From NCBI GenBank assembly GCA_020137815.1, contig CM035360.1:4898001-4962000 (forward strand): DNA of 64,000 nt. Reading direction: 5' to 3'. Below the pieces are notes generated by a model. It searched no databases. It was not told where the DNA came from and saw only the letters and a program-made list of their open reading frames with translations. This document shows, piece by piece, positions 1 through 11,845 of this stretch; the first letter of the stretch is position 1, and the number at the start of each line of letters is the position of its first letter. The position numbers and the translations under genes were made by a program. This DNA is from Hormiphora californensis. Its lineage: Eukaryota; Animalia; Ctenophora.

Positions 1-74
1 TCATAATCTTCAATATATTCAAGAGGTCCCACTTCCAATTTCCATCACTATATCAATCTCGAATATATTTCCCA

Positions 75-1228
75 TCACACCTTCGTCTTCACAAATTTCG
101 GTGAGGAAAATGAACTCAAATGAGAATCCTCGGTAGCAAGGGAACACGCGACTTTATTGCAGCGACCACCACCAGTTGACTTCCTCGATAAAAATTTCAC
201 CCTTATCGCGGACTTTCCCTTGGAGCACATGATAGCAATGACGGGATTGAGTAGAGAGCACAGGGAGGGAACGAAGATGGAGTAAGCCAAAACGGAGACA
301 ATGGTCACATAGTTTATCTCCATGGGTTGTCTGGTTATCATTGCCTTCGCCATTATCTCCTCATTTCCTGTGCTGCTTATTGCGTGTGTAACCAGGGTCA
401 GAGCTGTGAGGAGACTACCCAGGTTGTAGAGCAGGACCATGAGGGTACTCCGACGTTTCCGGTTGTTGGACTTCATACCAGGTGTGATGGTACGCGGGTT
501 TTACAACGAGAGTCTTGCAAATCTCGACCAATGTAAGGACAGATGCGACGAGGCCGATGGCTTGGAAGATCAGATTGAAGATGTTGGAAGCTAGGAATGT
601 CTTTCCCATGGTGCCCAGGTTTATACCAAATACTGTCGGGGTAGACAATGACATTGACGAAAACTGCCTGGGATAGAACATAAAACCAGGCAACTTTGTC
701 CTCCCCTTTAGGCCGCAGCAGATCTGCCATGAAGACAAGGTTGTAGAGGGTTGTAAGAGCAATGGCAATCATAGGACCTCTCGAGGACAGGTGGGAGAAA
801 GGGTATCGGATTTGGTAAAGCCGGCATGCCGCCAGACACCCAGTTATGACGCAGGGAACGAAGAGAAGCGTCCAGGACACTACACTGTACACACGGGAAA
901 GTATGGATGGGTGGGGAAGGCCAAAGGTCAGGTAGTGCGTTGTGCAGTTGATCAGGAAACCAAATTGTGGATCTTTTTCAGCCTCATAACATCTCCGATC
1001 TTTGGGCATGAAGGTGGCGTAGGCAAAGTAGACTGGGACCACGAGACAACCAAGGAAATCCGTGACAAAAAGGGCAAGATAGAGATTCCGGGCGACGGAG
1101 GATGGTTTACGGAGGTTCGCCTTGATGACTGTTATGTTCAGGGTGACAGCTGTAAAAGATAGGACGAGAAGGTAGGCTGTGATGAGCACATCAGGAAATG
1201 TATGCCCTCCCTCGCTGAGAAGTGCCAT
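75..1228 (-). pseudogene. Intronless rhodopsin-class-like 7TM GPCR with two frameshifts (pseudogene or assembly indels); paralogue of 11846..13015
   Basis: Three consecutive frames (ORFs 473..1264, 415..768, 75..476) align in order to the intact paralogue: SSVARNLYLALFVTDFLGC / CRLYQIRYPFSHLSS, then TVFGINL..NIFNLIFQAIGLVASVLT, then NRKRRSTLMVLLYNLGS / AYSIFVPSLCSLLNP. Shifts near ~645 and ~480. ATG at 1228 matches paralogue MAL start. Confidence 0.8.
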
Positions 1229-3077
1229 GATTTCGTCTGTCAGTGAGGGACGTGTTGTTAGCAAAATAAATTCTTTAAAAACTGAACTTATTTGAAATAG
1301 ATTCAGTTAAAATTGTAAGCCGCGAGAACTAGTTATATATTATGTACCTGCGGAATACTAAACACAGTTAATATAAGAGTTAAGACATGTCTATTCAATT
1401 CTTTTTCAGACTAATTGCTCAAAAACAACAATTATATAATAGACAGTAATTATGTGGGCATCACAAGAGAAGACTAACACCATGATAAATAGTATTGAAA
1501 GATCTTATATAAAGGCTTTACTGTATGTCTAGTAAGACAAAGCAAAGCGATGATATATATATTGTAAGAGGACAGTGGGGGCCCTTAGTAATGTCATTGT
1601 GTAAGTAACCTGTCTTGGAAGGTGGTGTACTACGTGACCGGAAACCTACAGTCATAATACAGTAATATAGTAATGCCAGTGGGGTCTAATTCGTGGCAAT
1701 GCAGTAATACAGTAATGTAGGCCACGAAGAAGCTTTTATAAAGTGATGATACTGTATATTCTACTCAGCTATTAAAGATCTTGTTATGTTCTAACGGCCT
1801 CCTTTAAAGTCTTTTTTAGGCTAGCAGATTATGATACTATGCACGTGGAAAGCTTAGTTGTTGCTGATATTTAAGACAAACCCAGCAACCTCTCCAGACC
1901 TAAACAGTTTGTTAAAGGAAAGTCAAGACTTAATCTGATTTGAAGCGTGTAAGAAAGATATTGTTAGGCATGTTGTTCTTCCTTTCAAATGTAAAGTATC
2001 TTGACAATACAGATGGCAACTAAAAAAGGGAGGCTAAAAGGAATTTAAAAAAAGATCGGATAAGGAAAAAACAGCTGGTAGCAAAGAAAATAGCGAGTGA
2101 AATAATATTTAGCTGTATGGCACAGTCCGTCATATGTCAGACAGGTGTTTTTAGTATATGATGACAGACACATGCGGAGGTTGTCGGTGAAAGGAAAAAT
2201 GTGCATCGGTTCCTTTGAAAATGCATATATGTTCCCGTTCGAGAAAATAATTCGTGGAAAATTACGATAATAAAATTACAAACAACAATTATTATTTCCT
2301 GGGCAAACTAAATAGTATCTAAGTCCCATCTAAGTGTCAAATACATATTTAAATTTTATTTTAAATTACAGGCCGTAAAGTTGGTACATTGGTTAGTATG
2401 CCGTATGGTCAGAAGGTACAGCTCTAACTAGCTCCCAACAAAAAAATTTCACTCTCATGTATCCCTGCACATCGGTTTATTGTAATGTTCGAACACTCCT
2501 TTACATTTGTAAACGAGGGTTATTATCAGGGTGTGAACTGCATGTCGTGTTTGCTAGTCGCGAGCGCGCTTGCGAGACAAGCAAACACGTCAAGGTTCAT
2601 TAACAAGCATGCTGCTCAGTCATTTTAGATTTAATACACAATGTAAGGATACCATGTAATAGGTGAGACTCTTGCCGTCACCCTCGTTCAAGTCCCGTGA
2701 AAAACGGAGCAGTACACGCAAACTGATGCCCATTTTCCTCGCGTGACCCCGATTCAGCAGTTTGAGACACCAACTCTTTAGGGGGCCATATCTCAGGAAC
2801 CAGACAAGATAGGAAAAATCGCCGTCTAACGAGGCGTACAGTTTTTAATCTAGTTTACCACTGTACCGGCCGTTTCACTCTCCGACCTAAAACAAAAATC
2901 GCAACCCCACAAAACTTCAAAATAATGAAATTCGCATCTCGCATGTCGTGTTGCATGTCGTGTCATGTTATTGACGCGCTCGCGTTCAACTCTCACACAG
3001 CAGCTGCAGAACATGGCGGGAAACATCGAGGAGTAGAGAGAGGGTCGGTGCCGAATCAAATATTTCTTGATCTTGAT

Positions 3078-3960
3078 CTACTCCATCTCTCAGCTATCCT
3101 ACCCCTCATCAACTCGATCTCTCAGCTACCCTACCCCTCATCTACTCCATCTTTCAGCTACCCTACCCCTCATCTACTCCATCTTTCAGCTACCCTACCC
3201 CTTATCTAGTCCATCTCTCAGCTACCCTACTCCTCATCTACTCCATCTCTCAGCTTCCCTATTAGGGAAGCATAGAGATGGAAACGATTAGGGGTAGGGA
3301 ATCCCTATCCATAATCGTTTCCATCTCTATGCTTCCCTAGCCCTCATCAACTCCATCTTTCAGCTACCCTACCCCTAATCTAGTCCATCTCTCCGCTACC
3401 CTACTCCTCATCTACTCCATCTCTCAGCTACCCTACCTCCCATTTACTCCATCTCTCAGCTACCCTACCTCCCATTTACTCCATATCTCAGCTTCCCTAC
3501 CTCCCATTTACTCCATCTCTCAGCTTCCCTACCTCCCATTTACTCCATATCTCAGCTTCCCTACCTGCCATTTACTCCATCTTTCAGCTTACCTACCTCC
3601 CATTTACTCCATATCTCAGCTTCCCTACCTGCCATTTACTCCATCTTTCAGATACCCTACCTCCCATTTACTCCATCTATCAGCTACCCTACCTCCCATT
3701 TACTCCATCTCTCAGCTTCCCTACCTCCCATTTACTCCATCTCTCAGCTTCCCTACCTCCCATTTACTCCATCCCTCAGCTTCCCTACCTCCCATTTACT
3801 CCATCTCTCATATCTTACCCTACCTCCCATTTACTCATCTCTCATTTAACCCCCCATTTTTTTTTTTTTTTTCCCCCCCCCCCCCCCCCCCACCCCCTTC
3901 CTCCCCTCCCATTTACCCTCTCTCAGTTCCCCTACCCCCCATTTACTCCAAATTTCATTT
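3078..3960 (+). repeat. ~30-bp tandem satellite (ctacctcccatttactccatctctcagcttcc)
   Basis: Over 20 tandem units visible; two sub-variants (cccctcatcta type then cctcccattta type). Confidence 0.9.
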
Positions 3961-4074
3961 CCCAAACTTCCTACCCAAATGTTAATTCTAAATATTTTAA
4001 AAAACCCTTTTAAAAAAAGGGGGGTAAAAATATAAATTTGGGGTCAAAATTAAAAAATATATTAAAAATAATTA

Positions 4075-5385
4075 ACTGAAGATGGATAATGGGAGGTGGG
4101 AAGCTGAGAATGAGAAAATGGAGGTGGGGAGCTAGAGATGGAGTAAATGGGGGTGGGAGCTGGAGATGGAAAAATTTGGGGGTAGGGAAGCTGAGAGATA
4201 AAAAAAATTTGGGGTTAGGGACTAGGTGGGTTGGGAGGTAGGAAACTGAAAGGGAGTAATGGATTTAAGGTAGCTAAAAGGGGGAAAATGGATAATGGGA
4301 GGGTAAAGGGAATCTGAGGTGGGTAAATGGAGGTAGGGAAGCTGAAAGGGAGAAATTTTTTAGGTAGGAAAGCGAAATGGGAAAATGGGGGGGGGGAAAG
4401 CTGAGAGATGGGTAAATGGGGGGTAGGGCTGAGAGATAAAAAAATGGGAGGTGGGAAAACGGAGGGATGGATAAATGGGGGGTGGGGAAGCGAAAAGGGA
4501 GTAAATGGGAGGTAGGAACTGAGGAGGGAGAAAAAGGGAGGTGGGAGCTGGAAGGGGAGTAAAGGGGTAGGGTAGCTGGAGATGGAGAAAAGGGAGGTGG
4601 GAAAGCTGAGGAGGATAATGGGAGGTAAGGGAGGGTGAAAGGGGGTTTGGGAGTAAAGGGGAAAAGGGGTGGGTTTGCGAGAGATGGATAAATGGGAGGT
4701 GGGGTACTGAGAGAGGGGTAAATGGGGTAGGGAACTGAGGTTTAGAAAGGGCGGGGGAAAGCTGAGAAGGGAGAAATGGGGGGGAATCTGGGGGAAATGG
4801 AAAATGGGTAGGGATTAAATGGGTAAAGGGGGAGGAGGGAAAACGGGGATGGGGGAAAATGGGAGGTGGGGAAGCTGAGAGATGGAGTAAATGTGGGGGT
4901 TAGCTGGGGGAAATGGAAATTTTGGGGGGGGGTGGGGTTGTTGGGGGCTGAGAGGGGGAAAAATGGGAGGTGGGGTACTAGGTGGAAAAAATGGGAGGTA
5001 GGGAGCTGAGAATGGAGAAATTTTGGGGGGAGGGGCGGAGTGGAGAAAAATGGGAGGGGGGAAACTGAGAGAGGAGAAAAGGAGGAGGTTTACTGAAAAT
5101 GGTAAAAAAAAAGGGAGGGGAAGCGGGAAGGAAAGGGGGGCGGAAAAAAAAATGGGGGTTGGGTAGCTGAAGATGGAGTAAAGGGGAGGTAGGAAGTTTA
5201 AGAGGGACTAATTGGGGTAGGGTAGTTAAAGAGGGAGTTGGGGGATTATGGTAGCTAGAGATGGACTAAAAGGGGTTGGGAGTGAAAGAGGGAGTAGTTT
5301 TGGGGGGGTGGGTACTGAAAATGGAGTAGATGAGGGTGGGGTAGCTGAGAGTCGATTTTTAGGGGTGGATGCTGAAGATGGAGTA
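4075..5385 (-). repeat. Reverse-complement copy of the 30-bp satellite, heavily degraded
   Basis: Recurrent gggaagctgagagatggagtaaatgggaggta with homopolymer errors. Confidence 0.8.
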
Positions 5386-7338
5386 ATCAAGATCAAGAAA
5401 TTTTGTTCGGCACCGCCCCTCTTCTACCCCTCGAGTTTCCCGCCATTTTCTGCAGCTGCTGTTGAGATTAAACCGAGGCGTCATAACAACACGACATGCA
5501 ACCACATGGAATGCAATTTCATTATTTGAATTTTTGGGGGGGTTGCGATTTTTGTTTTAGGTCGGAGAGTGAAAGGGGGCCCGGGTCGTGGTAAACTGAT
5601 TAAAAACTGTACGCCTTTTTTAAACGGCGATTTTTCCTATCTTGTCTGGTTCCTGAGATAGGCCCCCTAAAGAGTTGGTGTCTAAAAAATGCGAATCGGG
5701 GGCACGCGGGAAAATGGGGATCGTTTCGTGTACTGCCCCCCGTTTTCCGGGATTTACGAGGGGACGGCAAGAGTCTCACCTTTACATGGTTCCCTTTCTT
5801 TTGGGGATTAATCTAAAAAACTGACAGCATGCTTGTTAATGAACCTTGACGTTTTGCTTGTTCCCCCAAACGCGTCGCGACTCAAACACGACTCTCACCC
5901 CTATTTTTTGTTTTTATACAATCTTTCTCTCCTCCTCTTTTTTATTTTTCCTATCCTCCACCAAAAGAAACATTGCCCGGGGTTTCCCTAAATGAACTTT
6001 ACCCGGCCGGTAAAAGTCTTTGCGGGGCGGACAAAGTAAAAGTAAAACCCCATTCAACCAAACATCCCCTAAAAAAAAGGGGGGGGCAAAGGGGGAGGAG
6101 GGGAGGAAAGAAAAAGGAGAGGAGATAAAAGGGGAAAAGGGGAGAAGAGAAAGAGAAGAGAGGAAAGAAAGAAGAGAAAGGGAAAGGAGAAAAAGAAAAG
6201 GTAAAAAACCCAAAATAAACAAGAGGGGGAAAAAGGAACCAAAAACGAAAAATGGAGAAAGAGGGGAAGAGAGAGATGGGGGGGGGCAAAAAAGGGGAGA
6301 AACCCAGCAAAAATTTTAAATCAATAAAAATTCAAACATCGGTTCCCCGCCCGTGCGAAAAAATCCCCTAAAAAAAAAAAAAAAAACAAAAAGATTAAAA
6401 ATTGTGGGGGAAAAAAAGGGGTCTAACTTTAAAAAACCCCAAAAAAAATTTTAGGTTCGCCCTTCTCACTCTTTAATTTTCCCCTGCTTTTTCTTTTTTT
6501 CCCCTTCCTCCCAACTCTTTCCTCCTCATGTTTTTTGGCTCAAAAATACCGCTTAAAATTTTCCCAAATTTCTCCTCCCTCCTTTTCTCAAATCCGAAGC
6601 GTCTCTGGTTTTAAAAAACCTTTTTACCCCACTTTCCCTCGGGTTAAACCCCAACCTTTTTACAAATGCACGGGGGTTTGTCCATTCCTCCAAAAAGAAT
6701 TACAATTTTTCCCTTAGCTCCATACTTCCCCGGCATCCAAAAAAAAACAATTTTTTTAAACTTTCCCTCATCCTTTCAAAAAAACTTTTTGCGCCTTCTG
6801 GTCTACTACAAGGGCTGCCCCAGTTTTTACACTTTAGTGGGAAACTCTTCAATCCCCCTGAAAAAGTCAAAGGGGGGGTTCTCCTTTCCTTCTTTCCCCT
6901 CCCTTGCTTCCTTACCGAAGAAATTTACCCTTCGGTTGGGGCCCCCCGGCAGCATTCCTCATTAAAGGGGTTTTCCTTTCAAAAGCCCCATCCCTCGGGT
7001 AAAAGACCCCGCTATCTGGTTGGGGGTGTACCCCATGTGGGACTGCAAGAAAAACTTAACTGCAGCCTCCGACAAAGAAAACCTAAATTTTCTTGAATCT
7101 TCTACCCCCAAAAATCTCAGGGGGTTGAACATGCATTCCTCTTCCTATCTCATCCGGTGAATACTTGTTGACTGGCGATGTAGTAGGGGGCCTCTGGGTA
7201 ATGAGACGGTTTATAAATTGGGTGACTTTGTCATTTGGCAACGTCATCATGCGGTGGTCCTCAAACGGTGGGACAGTTGCAAACAGAGATAACAATCAGA
7301 GCGATAAAAATCGCTCGCAGCAACGGAAATGTGATCTG

Positions 7339-7342
<4 letters not shown>

Positions 7343-7420
<78 letters not shown>
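7343..7420. repeat. (GA)n microsatellite; others at ~7727, 10065, 14395(CT), 14995, 46996, 51350, 54050, 54685, 55050, 56995, 58462
   Basis: Direct reading. Confidence 0.95.
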
Positions 7421-7425
<5 letters not shown>

Positions 7426-7487
7426 GGAGATTGATAGAGAGAGAAAATCACTCAGCTATGTATAATTTAGGCGTGAGAAATGGCTAA

Positions 7488-7725
7488 TGACTAACTTGGC
7501 CTTTATTCTGAGGGGGCCTGACAGGGTAACAACGTGCAGTGTTACATCGTGACCGTTAATCCTGGTGCTATTTACCATCCAGGCGGAGTCACGGGGAGAG
7601 AGGGAAAGTAATAGTAACTATTCCTTAGGGCCATCTATTCTCCACCACTAACTTGGCATGGGCCTTTGTCCTTCGGAGGCGTGACAGGGTATCAAATTCC
7701 TGGTGCTATTTACCAGAAATCCACG

Positions 7726-7794
<69 letters not shown>

Positions 7795-7822
7795 AGAGAA
7801 AGAAATATTCCTTAGGGCCAAC
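7488..7822 (+). repeat. Diverged tandem duplication (~150 bp unit); second copy carries a (GA)n expansion
   Basis: actaacttggc / tgacagggta / tcctggtgctatttacca / cacggggagagag / tattccttagggcca each occur twice in order. Confidence 0.75.
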
Positions 7823-7961
7823 ATCTGTTATCCACGACAATGTGTCTCGGTAAGAGCGGGACAAAGCTCGGTTAAGTTGATAAACTCATCCTAACTGTAA
7901 TTACAATGGAAAAGTATATATATAACAACTCAATTGTTTTACTTTTCATTTTTCACTATGT

Positions 7962-8074
7962 AGAGAGACTCACAGAGAGATCAGACTCACAGAGAGACTC
8001 ATAGAGAGACTCACAGAGAGACTCACATAGAGACTCACAGAGAGACTCACAGAGAGACTCATAGAGAGACTCAG
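7962..8074 (+). repeat. 12-bp minisatellite (agagagactcac)n
   Basis: About 9 tandem units. Confidence 0.85.
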
Positions 8075-8652
8075 TTCTCTCTCACACACTTGATCCAGTG
8101 GCTGAATTACGGGCCGTATACTTGTTTACAGCGCGGCTATAATAGCAGATGTTGAGAGATTGAATATATGGTGTATTATACGAGATTGCTCAGTCTTTCT
8201 GAGAGTCGCATTAAATCAATTAGTTCTCATGGGATAAGAAAATACAGGATGAAATTGGATGAACATATTTAAGTGTGCGTGACTGCCAATTATGAAAACT
8301 AATTAAAATGCATATTTAATGGACTCTGGTAATTGTGTGAGAAAAAAGAAAACGGCCATGATTTAATGAATAAATGTGGTTTGAAAAAAGAAGAGCATCT
8401 TATCTTGAGAGATCCGAGTTAACTCGGATTTAGATGTGGCCGTGAGAACTGGGCCGGTGAAGCGCAGTGTTCTACTGTCTTCCACCGCAGGTTACGCAAA
8501 GGCAGTGGGACACCCGGAAGTGTATCCGACTGTTATACATACAATAGTATGACGCTACCAAAAAAGATATTGATATAATCGTGTTGTTGTCAAAAACGGA
8601 TATTTTATAGTGCTGTGACATGTATCGCTAACAGTGGTCAATGACCACTGAC

Positions 8653-8901
8653 CAGTGGTCATCCGACATAATCCGACGAGAAATTCGATCTGGAATGCAC
8701 CCCGCATCAGAGAGACACCGCATTAAGCAAATGCTGTCACGCTTCAATTCTTCTCTCTCTCGCTAGTCTTTACGTGGACTTTACGTCTCTCTCACTACAA
8801 ATGTGCAGTCGCATTTCAGGTCGAATTTCAGATCGCATTTCATGTCGAATTTCAGGTCGAATTTCTCGTCGAGCTGTGACAATTATGTCGGATGACCACT
8901 G
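8653..8901. mobile_element. MITE with TIR cagtggtcatccgacataat
   Basis: 20-bp perfect TIR (right end attatgtcggatgaccactg + TA), subterminal cgacgagaaattcga/tcgaatttctcgtcg and 12-bp internal repeats atttcaggtcga. Confidence 0.7.
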
Positions 8902-9612
8902 TAAAGGATCGTTTATGTAACAATTTACATGTCCAGTGAACTCGATTAACAGTTGCGTCGCCATACAGTATACCATGATACGTCCTGACAAATTGTATAT
9001 CGAGTTTCCTAACTGTAACAAAACGATTTTTGACAGGTTAAACGTGCTCTCGCCAGAAGGCCTTAGTGAGAATTGCGGTTTGCGATACGGAGCCTCAACA
9101 TCATGGCAAAACTGGATCAGTCATGCTGAATGAACGTGTTGTTGGTTTCAATAAGGTAGGGTGGTTCACAATGTGATTATGGCGCAATTTGCTGAGTAGT
9201 GCAGAGTCTCCCTTCCCAGGGAAGCACCCTACCATACCTATTGAATATCCTACTCATATTCTTCTTCATCATATGTAGTAGGGTTTCATTTTTCAATGAG
9301 CAAAGTTGGTAAATGTAGTCGGTTGCATTCCGATTGAAACTCTCATAGTCTGTTTAAATACAGAGATAATAGCTCCCTAGTCGGCTCCAATCAAAATGGT
9401 CAAAAGAAAACACGGTGATTTCAAGGAATTAGATTGAATAAATAATAATTAAAAGCATTACTACATTTAAATGTGATTTTTCCTTTCGATCCAACGGTGG
9501 GCGTTCTATAGAATCACGGGTGTTATAGCTTATAGATCCCAGTACAAGCAACAAGAGAACATATTCAACTCAGTTTCATTTCAATTTGACTGTAATTAAT
9601 AGTTAGTAATTA

Positions 9613-10073
9613 CAGTCGGACCCCGATTTAGGGACACCCTCGGGGGAAAGGGTCTTGTCCACTAAATCGGGGTGTCCACTAAATCGGGGTGAGCCATATT
9701 TGACCCAAAAAACCTATTTTATTGCCCAAAATGTTATATTATATGATTAGATGACTGGTTAAAATGGTCTATTACTTTTTAGTGCACGAGGCCGAAGGCC
9801 GAGTGTTCTAAATACAACAATAATGAACCGAGACCGATAGGTCGAGGTAGATCCTTTTACTTAGCTGCCGAGCCTGCGAGGCACGCTAAGTGTAACTACT
9901 GAGCGAGCCTGCGAGCTCTGTAGTTGTACTTTTGGGCCGAGCCTGCGAGGCCTAAAAGTGAAAGAATCTTTAACATTATTGTTGTGTAATAGAGCATGTA
10001 AAAGCAGTCATCTAATTTTATTAGATGATTTTGGAAACAAACTGAGTGAACGAGATAAAGATTGAGAGAGAGT

Positions 10074-10169
<96 letters not shown>

Positions 10170-11384
10170 AAGAGAGAAAGAGAGAAAGAGAAAAAGAATG
10201 TGTGTGAGAGAGATAGGGAAAGAGAGAATCGAAGGCAGAGAGGGAAAGCAGATGCAGGCCGCTCATTGGGGTGGTGCCATCACGTGACGATCACGTGACC
10301 TATAGTTGCAGAGGGGAAGAAAAGATAAGGGTTAGGGCGTGTGTGACGATCACGTGACCTAGAAGAGTTGCAACATGTCGCAGAGGGAAAGGAAAGATAA
10401 GCGTGTGTTGTTGCGTGTGCAGTAGTTAGGGCGTGTGTACTGTGTAGTGACGTAATGTTCACACTGTGTGCGTGTGACTAGAAAGTGTTTAATTTTTCAC
10501 ATACCACTGCAGCGGTATTTTACTTTATAATTACTAGTGTTTTTGCAGTGGTCTAAAATTTCACAGTACACTTTAACCACCGGAAACAGTGTACTGTGAA
10601 AATTTAGACGACCGGTCAAAATTGTCTAATATTATATATTAAGACTAAAGACACCTCTAACTGTTATATGCAATATTCATGTATTGATGACATGATCATT
10701 TCTGATTAGAAAAAGAAAAATATAAAATAATTATTTTTCAAAAAAATGTGGAAAATTTTCTAAGTTATACCAGCCCGTCCGGTTTGTATTTCGAATCGGT
10801 GCAACTTACTGGATATCCTGCAAGATCCTGTCTAATTAGCGGGTTCAAAACGAACCGATACGTGATACCATACCGAATCGGGGCACCCTAAGCGGGTGAG
10901 GAAGTATAAAAATTTCAAAATAACTTTTTCTCTAAAAATTTATGGGGAGCACCGATCAAAGCATTGACAATCGTACTGTAAAATTTTGCAAAAAAGTTAT
11001 AAAATGTTTTAAAGGTATACCAGCCACGTCCGAATCGTGTTTCGAATCGGTGCATCTTATCGCATGTCCTGCTGCTAATTAGACGGAACGAATCGAAACG
11101 TGATCCCCATCGAATCGAAATTTTGACGCTTGGACCTTGGTGAACTTGTGATTCGATGGGCACCATGGGGATCACGTATCGGTTCGTTCCGAACCGTCTA
11201 ATTAGCAGAAGGACATGCGATAAGATGCACCGATTCGAAACACGATTCGGACATGGCTGGAATCTTTTTGAAAAATTTCACAAAAAATTTCCCAAAAAAA
11301 ATTCAAAAATTTTTGGGGGAAAAAAATCCTGTCCCTAAATCGGGGTGTCCCTAAATCGGGGGTCCCTAAATCGGGGTCCGACTG
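9613..11384. mobile_element. Non-autonomous Tc1/mariner-pogo-like DNA transposon with nested palindromic sequences
   Basis: TA|cagtcggaccccgatttaggga ... tccctaaatcggggtccgactg|TA; repeated taaatcgggg motifs at both ends; no transposase ORF; internal long hairpin ~11018-11262 and hairpin ~10551-10609. Confidence 0.8.
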
Positions 11385-11845
11385 TATCACATAATCACAG
11401 CTAAATGATGACACACAAACTAAGAATATATAATTGGCCGAGAATGTGTTTCTAAGCTAGCATACTCGTACTCTGGCTTTATAATATGAACCTTGTAGAC
11501 GCATATAAAGTTTGTTATATGCGTCGACACGTGTGTTCATGAGCTCCATCACAAAGTTGTTAAGTTGACTTATGTCCCTACTCTATTAATATTAACTCTG
11601 ATAGCGGCCAAACATTATCATAATAACAGCGCATTATTCTCTCTCCAAATTATCTAAGAAGTCCCTACTAATGTTAAATAATATTAATCGTCTGCTGATC
11701 TGGGGGATCATAATTACTCCTCCATTATTCAGCAGATCACAGTAGTAGACTCATCACCAGGAGTCAGGAGGAGTGGGTTGCTAGGTGCAGGTTGCTAGGG
11801 GAGTGGGTTGCTAGGTGGATGGGTTGCCAGGCAACTGCAAACAAT

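Larger units (their letters stand above)
2545..5892. mobile_element. ~3.3 kb inverted repeat (foldback-like) with internal 30-bp satellite; right arm error-rich
   Basis: 5390-5892 is the degraded reverse complement of 2545-3075 (e.g. caaggttcattaacaagcatgctg at ~2591 vs cagcatgcttgttaatgaaccttg at ~5825); satellite on + in 3078-3960 and reverse-complemented in 4075-5385. Confidence 0.55.

Noticed and set aside
791-1162. Plus-strand ORFs here and at 12578..12865 that resemble each other
   Set aside because: Antisense shadows of the paralogous GPCRs.
5914-6319. Phe/Lys/Gly-rich ORFs here and at 60.3-63.1 kb
   Set aside because: Fall in homopolymer-corrupted consensus.
6960-7080. Sec7-like motif in the corrupted minus-strand text
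   Set aside because: Resemblance limited to a few residues in unreliable sequence.
10021-10298. Poly-ER / poly-LS ORFs here and at ~7703, 14373, 14914, 46978, 51333, 53849, 54566, 55017, 58298
   Set aside because: Translations of (GA)n/(CT)n microsatellites.
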